Source of the DNA: Neocallimastix sp. 'constans' | Taxonomy: Eukaryota | Direction: 5' to 3' | NCBI GenBank assembly: GCA_050613775.1 | Contig: JBODTK010000012.1 | Span: 1,116,001-1,180,000 of the forward strand | DNA length: 64,000 nt | Part shown: positions 30,100-43,505 of the stretch, piece by piece | How positions within the stretch are numbered: position 1 is the first letter of the stretch | Layout: every line of letters starts with the position of its first letter | Notes under the pieces: model-generated | Databases searched by the model: none | What the model saw: only the letters and a program-made list of their open reading frames with translations | Told to the model about the DNA's origin: nothing | Translations under genes and position numbers: made by a program

Positions 30100-30625
30100 T
30101 ATTTATTATTTATTATTTATTATTTATTATTTATTATTTATTATTTATTATTTATTAATAAATACTCTTTTTATTATTTAATTATTTATCATTCAATTAT
30201 TTAATTATTTATTAATAAATATTCTTTTTATTATTTATTATTTATTATTTATTATTTATTTATTTATTATTTATTATTATTTATTATTTATTATTTATAA
30301 TTTATTATTCAATTATTTATTATTTATTATTTATTATTTATTATTTATTATTTATTATTTATTATTTATTATTTATTATTTATTATTTATTATTTATTAT
30401 TTATTATTTATTATTTAACTATTTATTATTTATTATTTTATTATTTAATAATAATTATTTATTTATTTATTTACTTATGGCACCTTTTTGTTGACCAAAA
30501 TAACAATATAATGAAATTAAAAATAAATAATAATTGAATAATAAATAATAAATAATTGAATAATATGTAATCGAATAATTGAATAATAAATAATTAAATA
30601 ATAAATAATAAATAATTGAATAATA
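30100..30625. repeat. TTATTTA satellite followed by the same satellite in inverted orientation
   Basis: Plus-orientation array at about 30100-30450 and reverse array (AATAAAT/TAATTGAATAA) at about 30521-30625. Confidence 0.75.
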
Positions 30626-30782
30626 GAATTACTTTATATATTATATATATTATGTAGGATGTACAAATATAGATGATGATGGATGGAGAATGATATATTT
30701 TTGTATTATTAATGCATCCATGTATAAATATTAGGTAATGATGATGCTTATATCAAAATCCATTTAAATCATACTTTTGGTC

Positions 30783-31133
30783 ATGTTATGTTCCATTTTA
30801 TTATCAGATCATTATTTTATCAAAAAAAAAATAAAAAATAAAATAAAAAATAAAACTAAAATAAAATAAAATAAAAAATAAAATGATAGTATAAATAATA
30901 AAAGAGATTAACTAATTATTTTTACAGTAGTAAATTTTCGGTTTTTTATTTCATTTATTTTTTTTTTTTTAATTATTATTTATTTTTAATTATTATTTAT
31001 TTTTTTTTATGATATTTATTTATTCAATTTATAATATTTATTTTATTTATTTATTCTATTTATAATATTCACTTATTATTTTATATCATTTTTATTTTAT
31101 ATCATATTTTATAATATTTATTCTATTTATTAT
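30783..31133 (+). repeat. Dispersed duplicated segment, copy A (paralog of 39054-39497)
   Basis: Shared unique words ATGTTATGTTCCATTTTATTATCAGA, AAATGATAGTATAAA, AAGAGATTAACTAATTA and TTTTACAGTAGTAAATTTTCG in the same order. Confidence 0.9.
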
Positions 31134-31555
31134 TTTATATCATATTACATAATATTTCATAATACTTTTTCATTTTAATTTATTTATATTTTATATTTAT
31201 ATTTTATATTTATTTATATGTTATAGTTATCTATATTATAAAATTTATATTTATTTATATTCTATATTTCATATTTATATCTATTATATATAATTTTTTA
31301 TTTATTATTATTATTCAATTATTTATTTATTTATTAATAATATTATTTATTATTATTTATTATTTATTATTATTTATTATTTATTATTTATTATTCAATG
31401 ATTAATGTATTTATTATCTTTGGCATTTCATTTTTATTTTCTTTCTGTAGTGGATGTTTCCTTATAAAAATATTAATAATTAAAATTAGAAATAAAACTA
31501 TGTATCAGTATTAATAAATATAAATAATATAAATATAGATATAATATAATATATA

Positions 31556-31660
31556 TCTATTCTATTTAAATCTATTCTATTTAAATCCATTTCTATTTAA
31601 ATCTATTCTATTTAAATCTATTCTATTTAAATCCATTTCTATTTAAATCCATTTCTATAT
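31556..31660. repeat. Tandem repeat of a 15-16 bp unit (TCTATTTAAATCYAT)
   Basis: About 6 copies visible directly. Confidence 0.8.
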
Positions 31661-31929
31661 CTCTATCCATAAAAATTTTATTTTACATATAAAACTATTA
31701 TATTTATGGTATCGCTTATTTATATAAAAAAAATTTTATTATTTTATATCAATCTTATTCTCTATTATCTCTTAATATATATTTTAATAATTTTTTATTT
31801 TCTATTACTAATTAATTATGTAAAAATAATTTTTTTTTTCCACTCATTAATATAACTTCTGTATTTATAATTATTTAGAATTATTTAAAATAAAAATAAA
31901 ATAAAATTGAAAATAAAATTTAAAATTTA

Positions 31930-31972
<43 letters not shown>

Positions 31973-32223
31973 AGGAAAAAGAAAAGGATTAAATCATTGA
32001 AAAAATTAAAAAATAAAATAATAATAATAAAATAATAATAGAATAATAGAATAATAATAGAATAATAATAGAATAATAAAAGAATAATAAAAGAATAATA
32101 AAAGAATAAAAAATAAAATAAAAAAAAAAAGGAAGGAAAGAAAAAAGTTTTCACCATTAAAATTTTTGTTTATGGAAATATTTAATTAAAATGGAAATAA
32201 ATAAAAATTTTAATTAATTAATT

Positions 32224-32261
<38 letters not shown>

Positions 32262-35200
32262 ATGAGAATCTCTACCAATAAATATATACATAATTATATC
32301 AATAGGAATGGATGTGTATTTAGGTTTATTTAGATATGTCGGTGTATATTTTAGTTTATACTGTATAATGCATGATGGTTTATAGGTAATATAGTGAGAT
32401 TGTGGGTTATTATGTAGGTTGTTATGTAGGTTGTTATGTAGATTGATGTCCATGTAAATGTAGGTATGGTAAATATACAAAAAAAAAGAAAAAAAAGTAC
32501 AAATTTTTTTCTTTATTTAATTTAATTTTATTCAAATGTTTTATATTTTGATTTAAGGGAAAAAAAAATTTTTTTTTATTGCATTTTTATTATTAATAAT
32601 TTCATTAATTAATCTTAAAAAAAAAAATAATAATAAAATATATAAATAATAAATAAATATATAATAATAAAAATAAATAAATAAATAAAAAATTAGAATA
32701 AATAAAAAAAAAAATTGTTATTAAAAAAAAAGTCAAATTTAAGATTAGAACTAATAAATTATTATTATTATTATTATTATTCATTTACTACTATATTTAT
32801 TATGTTTTTTTTTTTTTTTTTAGTCTTTTATACGACTATCATTCTATTTTATTTTATTTTTTTTTTTTTTTTTGGATGATGAGTATTCATCCTAACTTTT
32901 TTTTTTTTTTTCTTTATAATTTTTTATGATTTTAATAATAAAAATAATTAAATAATTAAAAAAAGTTAAAAAAAATATATATATCTATTTTTATAAATAT
33001 AAATAGATATGATTTAAAGATTTTTTAAAATTTAAAAAAAAAAAAAAAAAACGATTATGAAAAAATTCATAGATATTCTACGTTGAAAAACATAAATACA
33101 GAATATGTTGTACAGTTTAAATAAAATAAAAAAAAATAAAAAATAAAAAATAAAAAGTTTAAAAAAATAAAAAAATAAAAAAATTTAAAAATTTAACAAA
33201 ATAATAAATAATAAATAATAAATAATAAATAATAATAAACTATTATTTAATTATTCTTATTATTTTTAATTATATATTTTTATTTTTAATTATATATTTT
33301 TATTTTTAATTCTTTTTTTTTTTTTTTTTTTTTTTTAAACTCTTAAGGATGATTAAACTATTAAACTTTGAATTTATTTTTTTATTTCTGTTATTTCTTT
33401 TCTTTTTCTTTACTTTTTTTTTTTCATCTTTCTATAAATAAAATATATATATAATTATGATTATCATTATAAATATAATTATTAAATAAATAAATAAATA
33501 AAATTCATTAATTGTTTTAATAAATTATCAAAAGAACAAAAAAAAAAAAAATTTTCTTTTCTTTTAACTAAAAGGTTAATTTTTTTATTTTTTAAAAAAT
33601 AAAAAATAAAAAAAAAAAACTCTATTTTTTATCTTTTTTTCTCAGTTTTATTTTTTTTTAAAAAAAAAAATATATAAATAAACAAAGTAAAAAAAAAAAA
33701 TTTAAGGAAAAGTTTAAGGTTTAAAAAAAAAGGAAAAAAAAAAAAAGAAGGAAGAAAGGAAAAGAGGATAAATAATAATAATAATAAAAAATAATTTTTT
33801 TTTTAAATAAAATTTATATCTATTTTATCTATTATTTCTATTTAATTATGGATGGATGAATGAGATTAAAATAATTTGTTTTATTTAATTTTTTTTTTTT
33901 TTAATCCATTAGTGAATAAATTATTTCAAAAATTAAATAAAATAAAGTAAAAATAAAAATAAAAAAAAATGTATATATAAAAAAACTTTATTGTTAAATA
34001 AAAAAAAAAAAAAAGAAAAAAATTTTCTTCAAAGGATTATAAGAAAGAAAAGAAAAGAAAAAGTAATATATATTATACAATTATTAATTATGTTGTTTAA
34101 TATATCAAATATTATTCTACAAGAATTATATACAGAATTATAATGAATTAGATTAGGAGAAGATGGAATAAAATGAAATTAAAAAAATTAAAATTAAAAG
34201 AAAATAAAATTAAAAGAAAATAATATATAAAAAATATATTATTTTTAACAAAAAAAAATTTTTTTTTTTGAACTTTAATTTTATTATTTATTTATTTATT
34301 TATTTTTTATTTTTTCTTTTTTATATATAAAGAAAAAGAAGAGTGTAAAAAAAAAAATAAAAAAAATCAATAAAAAAAAGTTTGCCTTTCTTTTCTTATA
34401 ATAATTATTTAATGATTAATTATTAAATAAATAATTATAAATAAATAAATAAAATATAAATAAATAAATTATAAATAAATATAATAAATAAATAAAATTA
34501 ATAAAAAAAAAAGTTTAAAAGATTTAAAAAAATAAATGTAAAAAATTTTTATTTATTCCATACCAATGAAAAAATTAACCTTTTTATTTTTATTTTATTT
34601 ATTATTAAATATTTTTTATTGTTTTATTTATTATTTAATATTTTTTTTATTATTTAATATTTTTTTTATTATTTAATATTTTTTTTATTATTTAATATTT
34701 TTTTTTATTCTTAGTTTTATTTATTGTTATTCAGATAAAGAAAAAAAAAATAAAGAAAAAAAAAATTTCATACCTTCAATAATAATTAAATAAAAATACT
34801 TTAAAAAAAAATAAAGAATAATAAAAAAATAATTTAAATTTGTTTTTTTTTTTTTTTTAAAAAAAAATAAAAAAAAACAACCCTTATTGAATTAAAGATA
34901 TAAAAAAAAAGAAAGTTGATGAACTAAAACATGAATTAATCAATGAATAAAAAGAAGGAAGGAAGGAAGAAAGAAAGAAAGAAAAATTGGAATAAAAAAA
35001 AAGCATCATCATTTATCCTCATCCTGAAAGTAAAACTTAAATGATTTATTTAAATATGTAATGATTTATTTAAATATGTAATGATTTATTAAATGATTTA
35101 ATTAAAAATTTAAAATAGATTAATATATATAAATTAAATTAAAACATATAAATATATTTATTTATTTAAAACAAATTTTTTTAAATTTTTTATTATTATT

Positions 35201-36339
35201 ATTATTATTACTATTAATTTTTTTTTATTATTTAAAATAATTTTTTAAATTTTTTAAATTTTTTATTACGGTAAACTTTATTTATTAATATCTTTTTTTT
35301 TTTTTTTTTTTTTTTTTTCTTTTTTTCTTTTTTCTTAATTATTCCATAATTAAAGTTTAGGATGATGATGATAAAGAAGAAGGAAGAAGAAAGAAGGAAG
35401 AAGGAAGAAGGAAGAAGGAAGGATAACGTAATATTTGTAGATTAAATTTGTAGATTAAATTTAAAAAAATAAAAAAGATTTTATTTTTATTTCATTTTAT
35501 TATTTATTATTTATTATTTATTATTTATTATTATTTTTATTAATATTAATTATTATCTTTATTATTATTATTTAATTCTTATATTATTATATTAATTATT
35601 AATATTTTAATTTTTAATTTTTTAAATATTCAAAAATTGTATATTTATTTATTCATTATTATATATATATATATTTTTTTTTTGTTATTTAATTTTTTTT
35701 TGTCCATATCCATGGAAAGAAACAAGAAAAAAAAAAATTAAATAATAGTATTTATTTATTTTCTATTTATTATTTATTATTCCATTATTAATAATTTATT
35801 AGTTATTTTATTTTGGTTTATTTTAAAGAATGATCATTTTTCCCCTTTTCTGTATTATTTTGAAGAGTACATCATGAAAATAAAAATAAATGAATCAGTG
35901 CCTTTTTTTTTTTTTATACAAAGTGTTATCGGTTATCACTGTTAATACTTTTCATTTAATTATTTATTTAATTGTTATCGTTATCATTACCAGTTATTTT
36001 TATTTAATTATTTTTTTCCCAAGTAAAAAATAAAAATAAATAATACTTTTTATCTTATTTCTTTAGTCCGTCCATCCTACTTAACACTTATTATATCCAG
36101 TAAATGATGATAACCTTAAAACTCTTTTCAACCACCAGCACAAAAAAAAAATTTTTTTTTTTCTAAATTCATTGAATAATTTAAAATTTGTTAATATATA
36201 TATATATATATATTTTTTTTTTTTTATTTTATTCTAGCATTAATATTTATTTTAATATGATTACTATTAACTTTTAATATTAATCGTAATATTAATCATA
36301 ATATTAATAATTTATTAATAAATTATTTTATATTTTATA

Positions 36340-36642
36340 TTTATTATTTATTATTTAGTATTTAGTATTTATTATTTTATATTTTATATTTATTATTTAT
36401 TATTTATTATTTATTATTTATTATTTATTATTTATTATTTATTATTTATTTATTATTTATTATTTATTATTTATTATTTATTAATAAATACTCTTTTTTA
36501 TTATTTATTATTTATTATTTATTAATAAATACTCTTTTTTATTATTCAATTATTTATTATTTATTAATAAATACTCTTTTTTATTATTCAATTATTATTT
36601 ATTATTTATTAATAAATACTCTTTTTTATTATTCAATTATTT
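36340..36642 (+). repeat. TTATTTA satellite with diagnostic AATAAATACTCTTTTTT module
   Basis: The module is repeated 4 times at 36483-36626. It also occurs at about 30157 and 37395-37503, and reverse-complemented at about 21318. Confidence 0.85.
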
Positions 36643-38383
36643 AAAAAAAAAAAAAAGAAAGAAAGAAAGAATACATAAAAAGGATCATTCTATTTATAGA
36701 GATTAATAATAATAATAAAAAAAAAAAAGAGGTTCATTTTTTTTTTTTTTCATTATGAAACGTATAAAACATGTCATGGTCATAATATGAAAAAAAAAAA
36801 AAAAAAAAAAAAGACTAAAAATATAAATAAACAAGTTTTTCACTAGGATTAATGTTTTTATTAAAGAAGTTTTTAAATTTATTCCATCCTTATTTTTTAT
36901 TTAATATTACGATGACTCTTAATTTATTAATTACTTATTATTAATATTATTCATTATTTTAAGTATATAACTATTAAATAAATAAGAAAAATATAAAAAA
37001 AAAAAAAAAAAAAAAAAAACTGGCACAAAATGTTAAAATAAAATAATTTTTTATTTTATTTATTTATTTATTTATTATTCAATTATTCAGTTATTTTTAA
37101 TTTTTTTTTTTTTTTAAGTACGTTTTTTTGTCTCGGAGTGCTTTTTAACTTTTCCTTTTTTGAAACCAAGTCAACATAACCTAACCTATTGATAATAAAA
37201 AAATGGATTATTAATTATTAAAAAATTTTTTTTTTTTTATTTAATTATTTAATTATTTATTATTTATCAATACTCTTTTTATTATATATTATTTACAATA
37301 CTATTTATTTATTATAATACTATTTATTTTTTATTCAATTTATATTTAATATTTATTAATTATTATTATTAATTATTTATTATTTATTATTTATTAATAA
37401 ATACTCTTTTTATTATTTATTATTTATTAATAAATACTCTTTTTATTATTTATTATTTATTATTTTATATTATTTTTATTATTTATTAATAAATACTCTT
37501 TTTATTATTTATTATTTATTATTTTATATTATTTTATATTATTTAATTATTTAATATTATTTAATTATTTAATTATTGATGATTGATAACAGTATAATAT
37601 TTTTATTAATATTATAATGTTATACTAAAGTTGTAGTAAAATTCTAACTTTTAAGAAAGAACTATTTTACAACTTTTAATGATAAAAATTATAAAAAAAA
37701 AACTTTGTTTTTTTATAAAAATAAACTATTAATTTTACACAAAATTTATTTTATAAATAATTACACAAAAATTATTTATAATTCAAAGAAGTTATATTCT
37801 CAATAATATAACTTAAAAATATTAATTATTTATTATTTAATTTATTAATAATACTTCATTATATTTGACTAATTATTTCTTCTCTTTTCATAAAAAGTCC
37901 CCTTCTAAATGTTTATTTACATTTTCTTTTTATGAATTATTATTCTTTTTAGATTAATATAGTTCATTCCTTAATTTAATATATTTCTTAATAATATAAT
38001 ATAACAAAGACATAAAATAATATATAATAAGGTTTAAAGATAATATATTATACTAATTTAGAGTAATTAAAATATAGTTTTAATATAACTTTAAAGAATA
38101 TAGAAATATAACTAATATAACTTTTCTAATACATTAATTTGATACATTTGTATTGATTTTCTTTGTTTACATTTTTTTATAAAATTTACTTAATATCTTG
38201 AAAATTCTTTATCAATGATGATGATTTTTCTCTCCACTTCTCTGCTTTTTAATTAATTGAATTTTAGTTTTAAAAAAAAAAAATAAATAATAAATAATAA
38301 ATAATAAAAATATAATAATTGTAAATCTTTTATTATTTTTTAAGTAGTCTATATTTTTTTTCTAGTGTTGAAAAATTATAGTT

Positions 38384-38737
38384 ATGAAATTCATTTACGT
38401 CTATTTAGGGGTGTTGTTAATTCTTACTCAATATGTTTTGGGTAAGTGTGGTTTTCCATCTTGGGACTTGATTTTGCCGGAGTGTAATGGAAAAAAGAAA
38501 CGTTTTGTAATAAAAGCTGGTGAAGAAGGCTGGTTTAGATGCACCAAGGGTTCAACAATTGATAAAAGAGGGGAATCTGTATCGATATCATATAATGAAA
38601 ATAATAAAGCTTATTATGTAAAATGTAATAATATATTCTTTGATTGTGATATTGATGTAACTGGTAAGCGGTGTAGAAACTGTTCCTATACAGACTCGAA
38701 AGGAATACGCAGATCTGGTTATGATTGCGGAGAGTAA
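38384..38737 (+). CDS. Small secreted cysteine-rich protein of unknown function (117 aa)
   Basis: ATG-initiated uninterrupted ORF with GC far above the flanks. The N-terminus MKFIYVYLGVLLILTQYVLG looks like a signal peptide. The mature part has 8 Cys and dibasic KR sites. Confidence 0.85.
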   Translation: MKFIYVYLGVLLILTQYVLGKCGFPSWDLILPECNGKKKRFVIKAGEEGWFRCTKGSTIDKRGESVSISYNENNKAYYVKCNNIFFDCDIDVTGKRCRNCSYTDSKGIRRSGYDCGE

Positions 38738-38948
38738 ATATATAAAATAGATAAATAAATAAATCTATTTAATCATATATAACAATTATAAATCTAATAT
38801 TTTTTTTAAAACAAACCGTTAAAAAAAATAGAAAAATCAAAAAGTTATAAAATATTAACAGTTTTAATTATTAAAGTATAAAAATATTTTTTTTTTTTTT
38901 TTTACAAACATTGATAATTCTAAGTATAAAAATATATATATATATATT

Positions 38949-39091
38949 TTTATAAACATTGATAATTTTAAGTATAAAAATATTATCAGGAATATCAATA
39001 AAATAAAATAAAATAAAATAAAATAAAATAATTTCATATTTATTATGTATTTTATGTTATGTTCCATTTTATTATCAGAACATTATTTTAT

Positions 39092-39127
<36 letters not shown>

Positions 39128-39613
39128 AAACTAAAATAAAATGATAGTATAAAAAATAAAAGAGATTAACTAATTAGTTTTACAGTAGTAAATTTTCGAT
39201 TTTATTTTTCATTTATTTTTTCTTTTAATTATTAATTATTTTTAATTATTATTTTTAATTATTATTATTAATTATTATTTATTTTTAATTATTATTTATT
39301 AATATTATTTATTTTTATTTTTTTTTTTAATTATTATTTATTTATAATTATTATTTATTTTTTTTTTTATAATGATATTTATTTATTCTATTTATAATAT
39401 TTATTTACTATTTTATATCATTTTTATTTTATATCATTTTTATTTTATATCATTTTTATTTTATATCATATTTTATAAAATTTATTCTATTTATTATTAT
39501 TTTTTTTTTTTATAAACATAATTCTAAGTATAAAAATATTATCAGGAATATCAATAAAATAAAATAAAATAAAATAATATAAAATAAAATAATTTCATAT
39601 TTATTATGTATTT
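38949..39613 (+). repeat. Duplicated segment copy B (39054-39497) bracketed by direct repeats of about 105 bp (38949-39053 and 39509-39613)
   Basis: AAGTATAAAAATATTATCAGGAATATCAATAAAAT...ATTTCATATTTATTATGTATTT is present on both sides of the copied segment. Confidence 0.85.
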
Positions 39614-41676
39614 TTTTTGTTATTTTTTTTTTTGTTATTTTTTTATTATTTTATGTAAAATAAGGTTATGTACAATCATGTATTAATAATTCTTTTTTTT
39701 ATATATGGAAATAATTAATAAATACAAATTTTTATTTTATTCTATTGATTTTAATATTTATATTATTTATTTTTATATTATATATTTTTATATATTATTT
39801 AATTTTATATATTATTTATTTTTATATTAATAAGGTTAGATTTCATTATTTGTTTTTTTTAATTTCCAATTTCTCTTATAATAGATAATAATCAACGAAT
39901 CGCCATTTTATAGGTCCATTTTTAATAAATACTTTTTATTAAAAGAAAAAATAACTATAAGAATTTATTTATTATATTCATTTATTTATCTATTTTTATA
40001 TTTATCTATATAAAAACATTTATATTGATCCATATATTATTCTATTTATTTATCTTTTTCTTTATTTTATGCACTTCAAATGCATTATTTATTATTTTAA
40101 TATATTTAGAGTTTTTAAGCTTTCTTTCATCATTAAACTAATTTACGATAATTTCCGTTTTCCATTTTTTTTTTAACTTATTAAAATTTATTTTTATTTC
40201 CTGTTTTTTTATTTTATTTTATTTTATTAAATATATTCTTTAATTCTTCTCTATTTAATTGTATTATATTATATTATATAATCAATTGTAATAATTATAT
40301 TATTCTATTTTATAATCTTATTATATGAATAAATAAATAAAAAAGGTCAAAAAATTATTTTTTATTATTATTTTTTTATTTTATTTCATTTTAAAAATAA
40401 AAATAAAAATAAAAATAAAAATAAAAATCTCAAACGTTTGATTTTTTAAAACTAAAAAAAAAAAAATAAAATTTATTGATATTGATTTTATTGATTTATA
40501 TCTAATAAAATAATCAGGATAACTCTACTAAATAATTGAATGTAAAAAAAACTGAAGATTATAAATAATTAAATAATAAATAATTGAATAATTAAATAAT
40601 AAATAATTGAATAGTTAAATAATAAATAATAAATAATTAAATAACAAATAATTAAATAATTGAATAATAAATAACTACAAAATATAAAGTTTAATTTATA
40701 TTAAATTAAATATAAAATAAAAATGAGAAAATGATTTCATTCATTTATTTTTTTTTATAAATTAATTATTATTATTATTTATATGGATTAAAATTTAAAA
40801 AAAATTTTTTTCTTATATTAAATATAAAATCAAATGTACTTCTATTATATGTAATAATTCAACGATATAATTACTCACATATATTATAAATACTATTGTT
40901 GTTATAGAGGCTGCTAAACTTCTTCTGGATGCCAACTAAATAAGGTTGAGTAGGTTACACCATTTTTATTATTTAATTATTATTTAATGTAAAAGAAATA
41001 AGGAAGAGAAAGCTTAAAAAAAAAAAAAAAAAAAAAAGTTGACATTGGTATAAAAAAATAAATATCATCCTATCTAATAGATAATATCTAATAGATAATA
41101 TAATATAATATATGCTTTATCAATTAGATCAATATTAATAAAGTTTATTTGAGTGGATTAAGGTTTCCATTTAATTTATTTGTTACTATTTACTGAATTA
41201 AAAAAAAAATAAAATAAAAATAAAAAGATATATATATAAATATATTTCTAATATATATAAAATTTATATGACAGAATTTCTAATATTGAATCCATTTATG
41301 GTTAATTAATGATAAAAACTATGCCATCGTATACAACTCTATCTAATATATTATAATAATTTAAATGATAGTCAAATAGAAAGCTTTATATATACAAATA
41401 ATTTTTTTTACATCATTTTATATACATCATTTTATGTAAATACATGCATTTTATGCTTATATATATTATATATTTTATGTATTATATTTGTACAATATAT
41501 TATTTTTATTTTTATTATTCTTTTTAATTCAATTGTTATTTATTTATTTATTTATTTACTTATTCATGCCTTTTTTTTTTCCCGTAAAATATTACATAGC
41601 ATCAAAAGGTTAGTGTTGTTGGTAAAATGAAGTAAATAAATAAATAAATAAAAATAAATAAATAAATAAAAATAAA

Positions 41677-41733
<57 letters not shown>

Positions 41734-42089
41734 AAAGGCGAATAAAATAAAAAAAAAAAAAAAAGGAAAAACTTTACACTCTTAATTAAACTTTTATGCT
41801 CTGAAATAAAATAGTGTAGACTAAAGTAGGGTAAAGAGGGTAAAAAAAAGTGATGATGAACCGCTATTTTAAAATGTTCTGACATAAAAACTTTTTATTT
41901 TTAATATTAAAGTTTTTTAGTTTTTAATTATTTGTTTTTTAAGTATTAAAATTATGATATAAAAATAGTTTTATTATTAACTCTTAGTTAATTATTACTA
42001 ATTGAATTGAATTAGCATTAAAATATTCAAATATCTTTTTTTTAATATGAATTAAAGTTTTTTGTAAGTTGTCAAGTTTGATATTTTAA

Positions 42090-42880
42090 ATAATAAATAA
42101 TAAATAATTGAATAATAAATAATAAATAATAAATAATAAATAATAAATAATAAATAATAAATAATAAATAATAAATAATAAATAATAAATAATAATAAAT
42201 AATAAATAATAAATAATAAATAATAAATAATAAATAATAAATAATAAATAATAAATAAGAAAAATATTAATAATTTGTAATAATAAATAATAAATAATAA
42301 ATAATAAATAATAAATAATAAATAATAAATAATAAATAATAAATAATAAATAATAAATAATAAATAATAAATAATAAATAATAAATAATAAATAATAAAT
42401 AATAAATAATAATAAATAATAAATAATAAATAATAAATAATAAATAATAAATAATAAATAATAAATAATAAATAATAAATAATAAATAATAATAAATAAT
42501 AAATAATAAATAATAAATAATAAATAATAAATAATAAATAATAAATAATAAATAATAAATAATAAATAATAATTAATAAATAATAAATAATAAATAATAA
42601 ATAATAAATAATAAATAATAAATAATAAATAATAAATAATAAATAATAAATAATAAATAATAATAAATAATAAATAATAAATAATAAATAATAAATAATA
42701 AATAATTATATGATAAATAATAAAATAATAAAATAATAATAAGAGTAATAAATAATAATAAATATTAATTAATAAATAATTGAATAATAAATAAATAAAT
42801 AAATAATAAGAAATAAATAATAAGAAATAAATAAAAAGTCATAAATAATAAATAACAAATAGTAAATAATAATAAATAAT
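42090..42880 (-). repeat. Long homogeneous (AATAAAT)n array (reverse orientation of the TTATTTA satellite)
   Basis: Near-perfect 7-mer array of about 600 bp with a degenerate tail. Confidence 0.95.
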
Positions 42881-43114
42881 AACTATTATTTATAATTATT
42901 AATTTTATTTAAATTTTTTTTAAACTTTTTTTTTCGTATGTAAAAAGGTAGATTTCTTATTTAAAGTTTTAATAGTTTTAATTTTTTTTCTTTGTATTAA
43001 TATATATTATATATAAAAATAAAAAATAAAAATTATATATATATTTTATAATTAAATATATATTTTTTTATTTTTCTGTGAAAAAATATATATATATACT
43101 TTTATTATTTAATA

Positions 43115-43153
<39 letters not shown>

Positions 43154-43243
43154 TAATTGAAACACCGTAGATGGAGTGGAAAACTTTATGTATCATGGTA
43201 ATGTTAATTAAAATATTAGAATGAAAATGAAAAAGATTTTTCA

Positions 43244-43260
43244 TTTTGGAATTTAATAAT

Positions 43261-43326
<66 letters not shown>

Positions 43327-43400
43327 AATAATTAATAATTATTATTATTGCTATTTAATTATTTTGTGCTTTAATTATTTTAATTTTGGAATTTAATAAT

Positions 43401-43446
<46 letters not shown>

Positions 43447-43505
43447 AATAATTAATAATTATTATTATTGCTATTTAATTATTTTGTGCTTTAATTATTT
43501 TAATT
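43244..43505. repeat. Tandem duplication of about 120-140 bp
   Basis: TTTTGGAATTTAATAATTAAAA(ATAA)n...ATTGCTATTTAATTATTTTGTGCTTTAATTATTTTAATT occurs twice, differing in ATAA copy number. Confidence 0.9.

Noticed and set aside
32250..32480. 76-aa minus ORF with NNLH repeats
   Set aside because: Non-ATG start, derived from a short (TTATGTAGGTTG)n repeat, no recognisable motif.
41795..41887. Box C/D snoRNA-like words (CTGA, TGATGA, CTGA)
   Set aside because: The TGATGA-to-CTGA distance is only about 25 nt, there is no upstream C box, and I recognise no rRNA guide.
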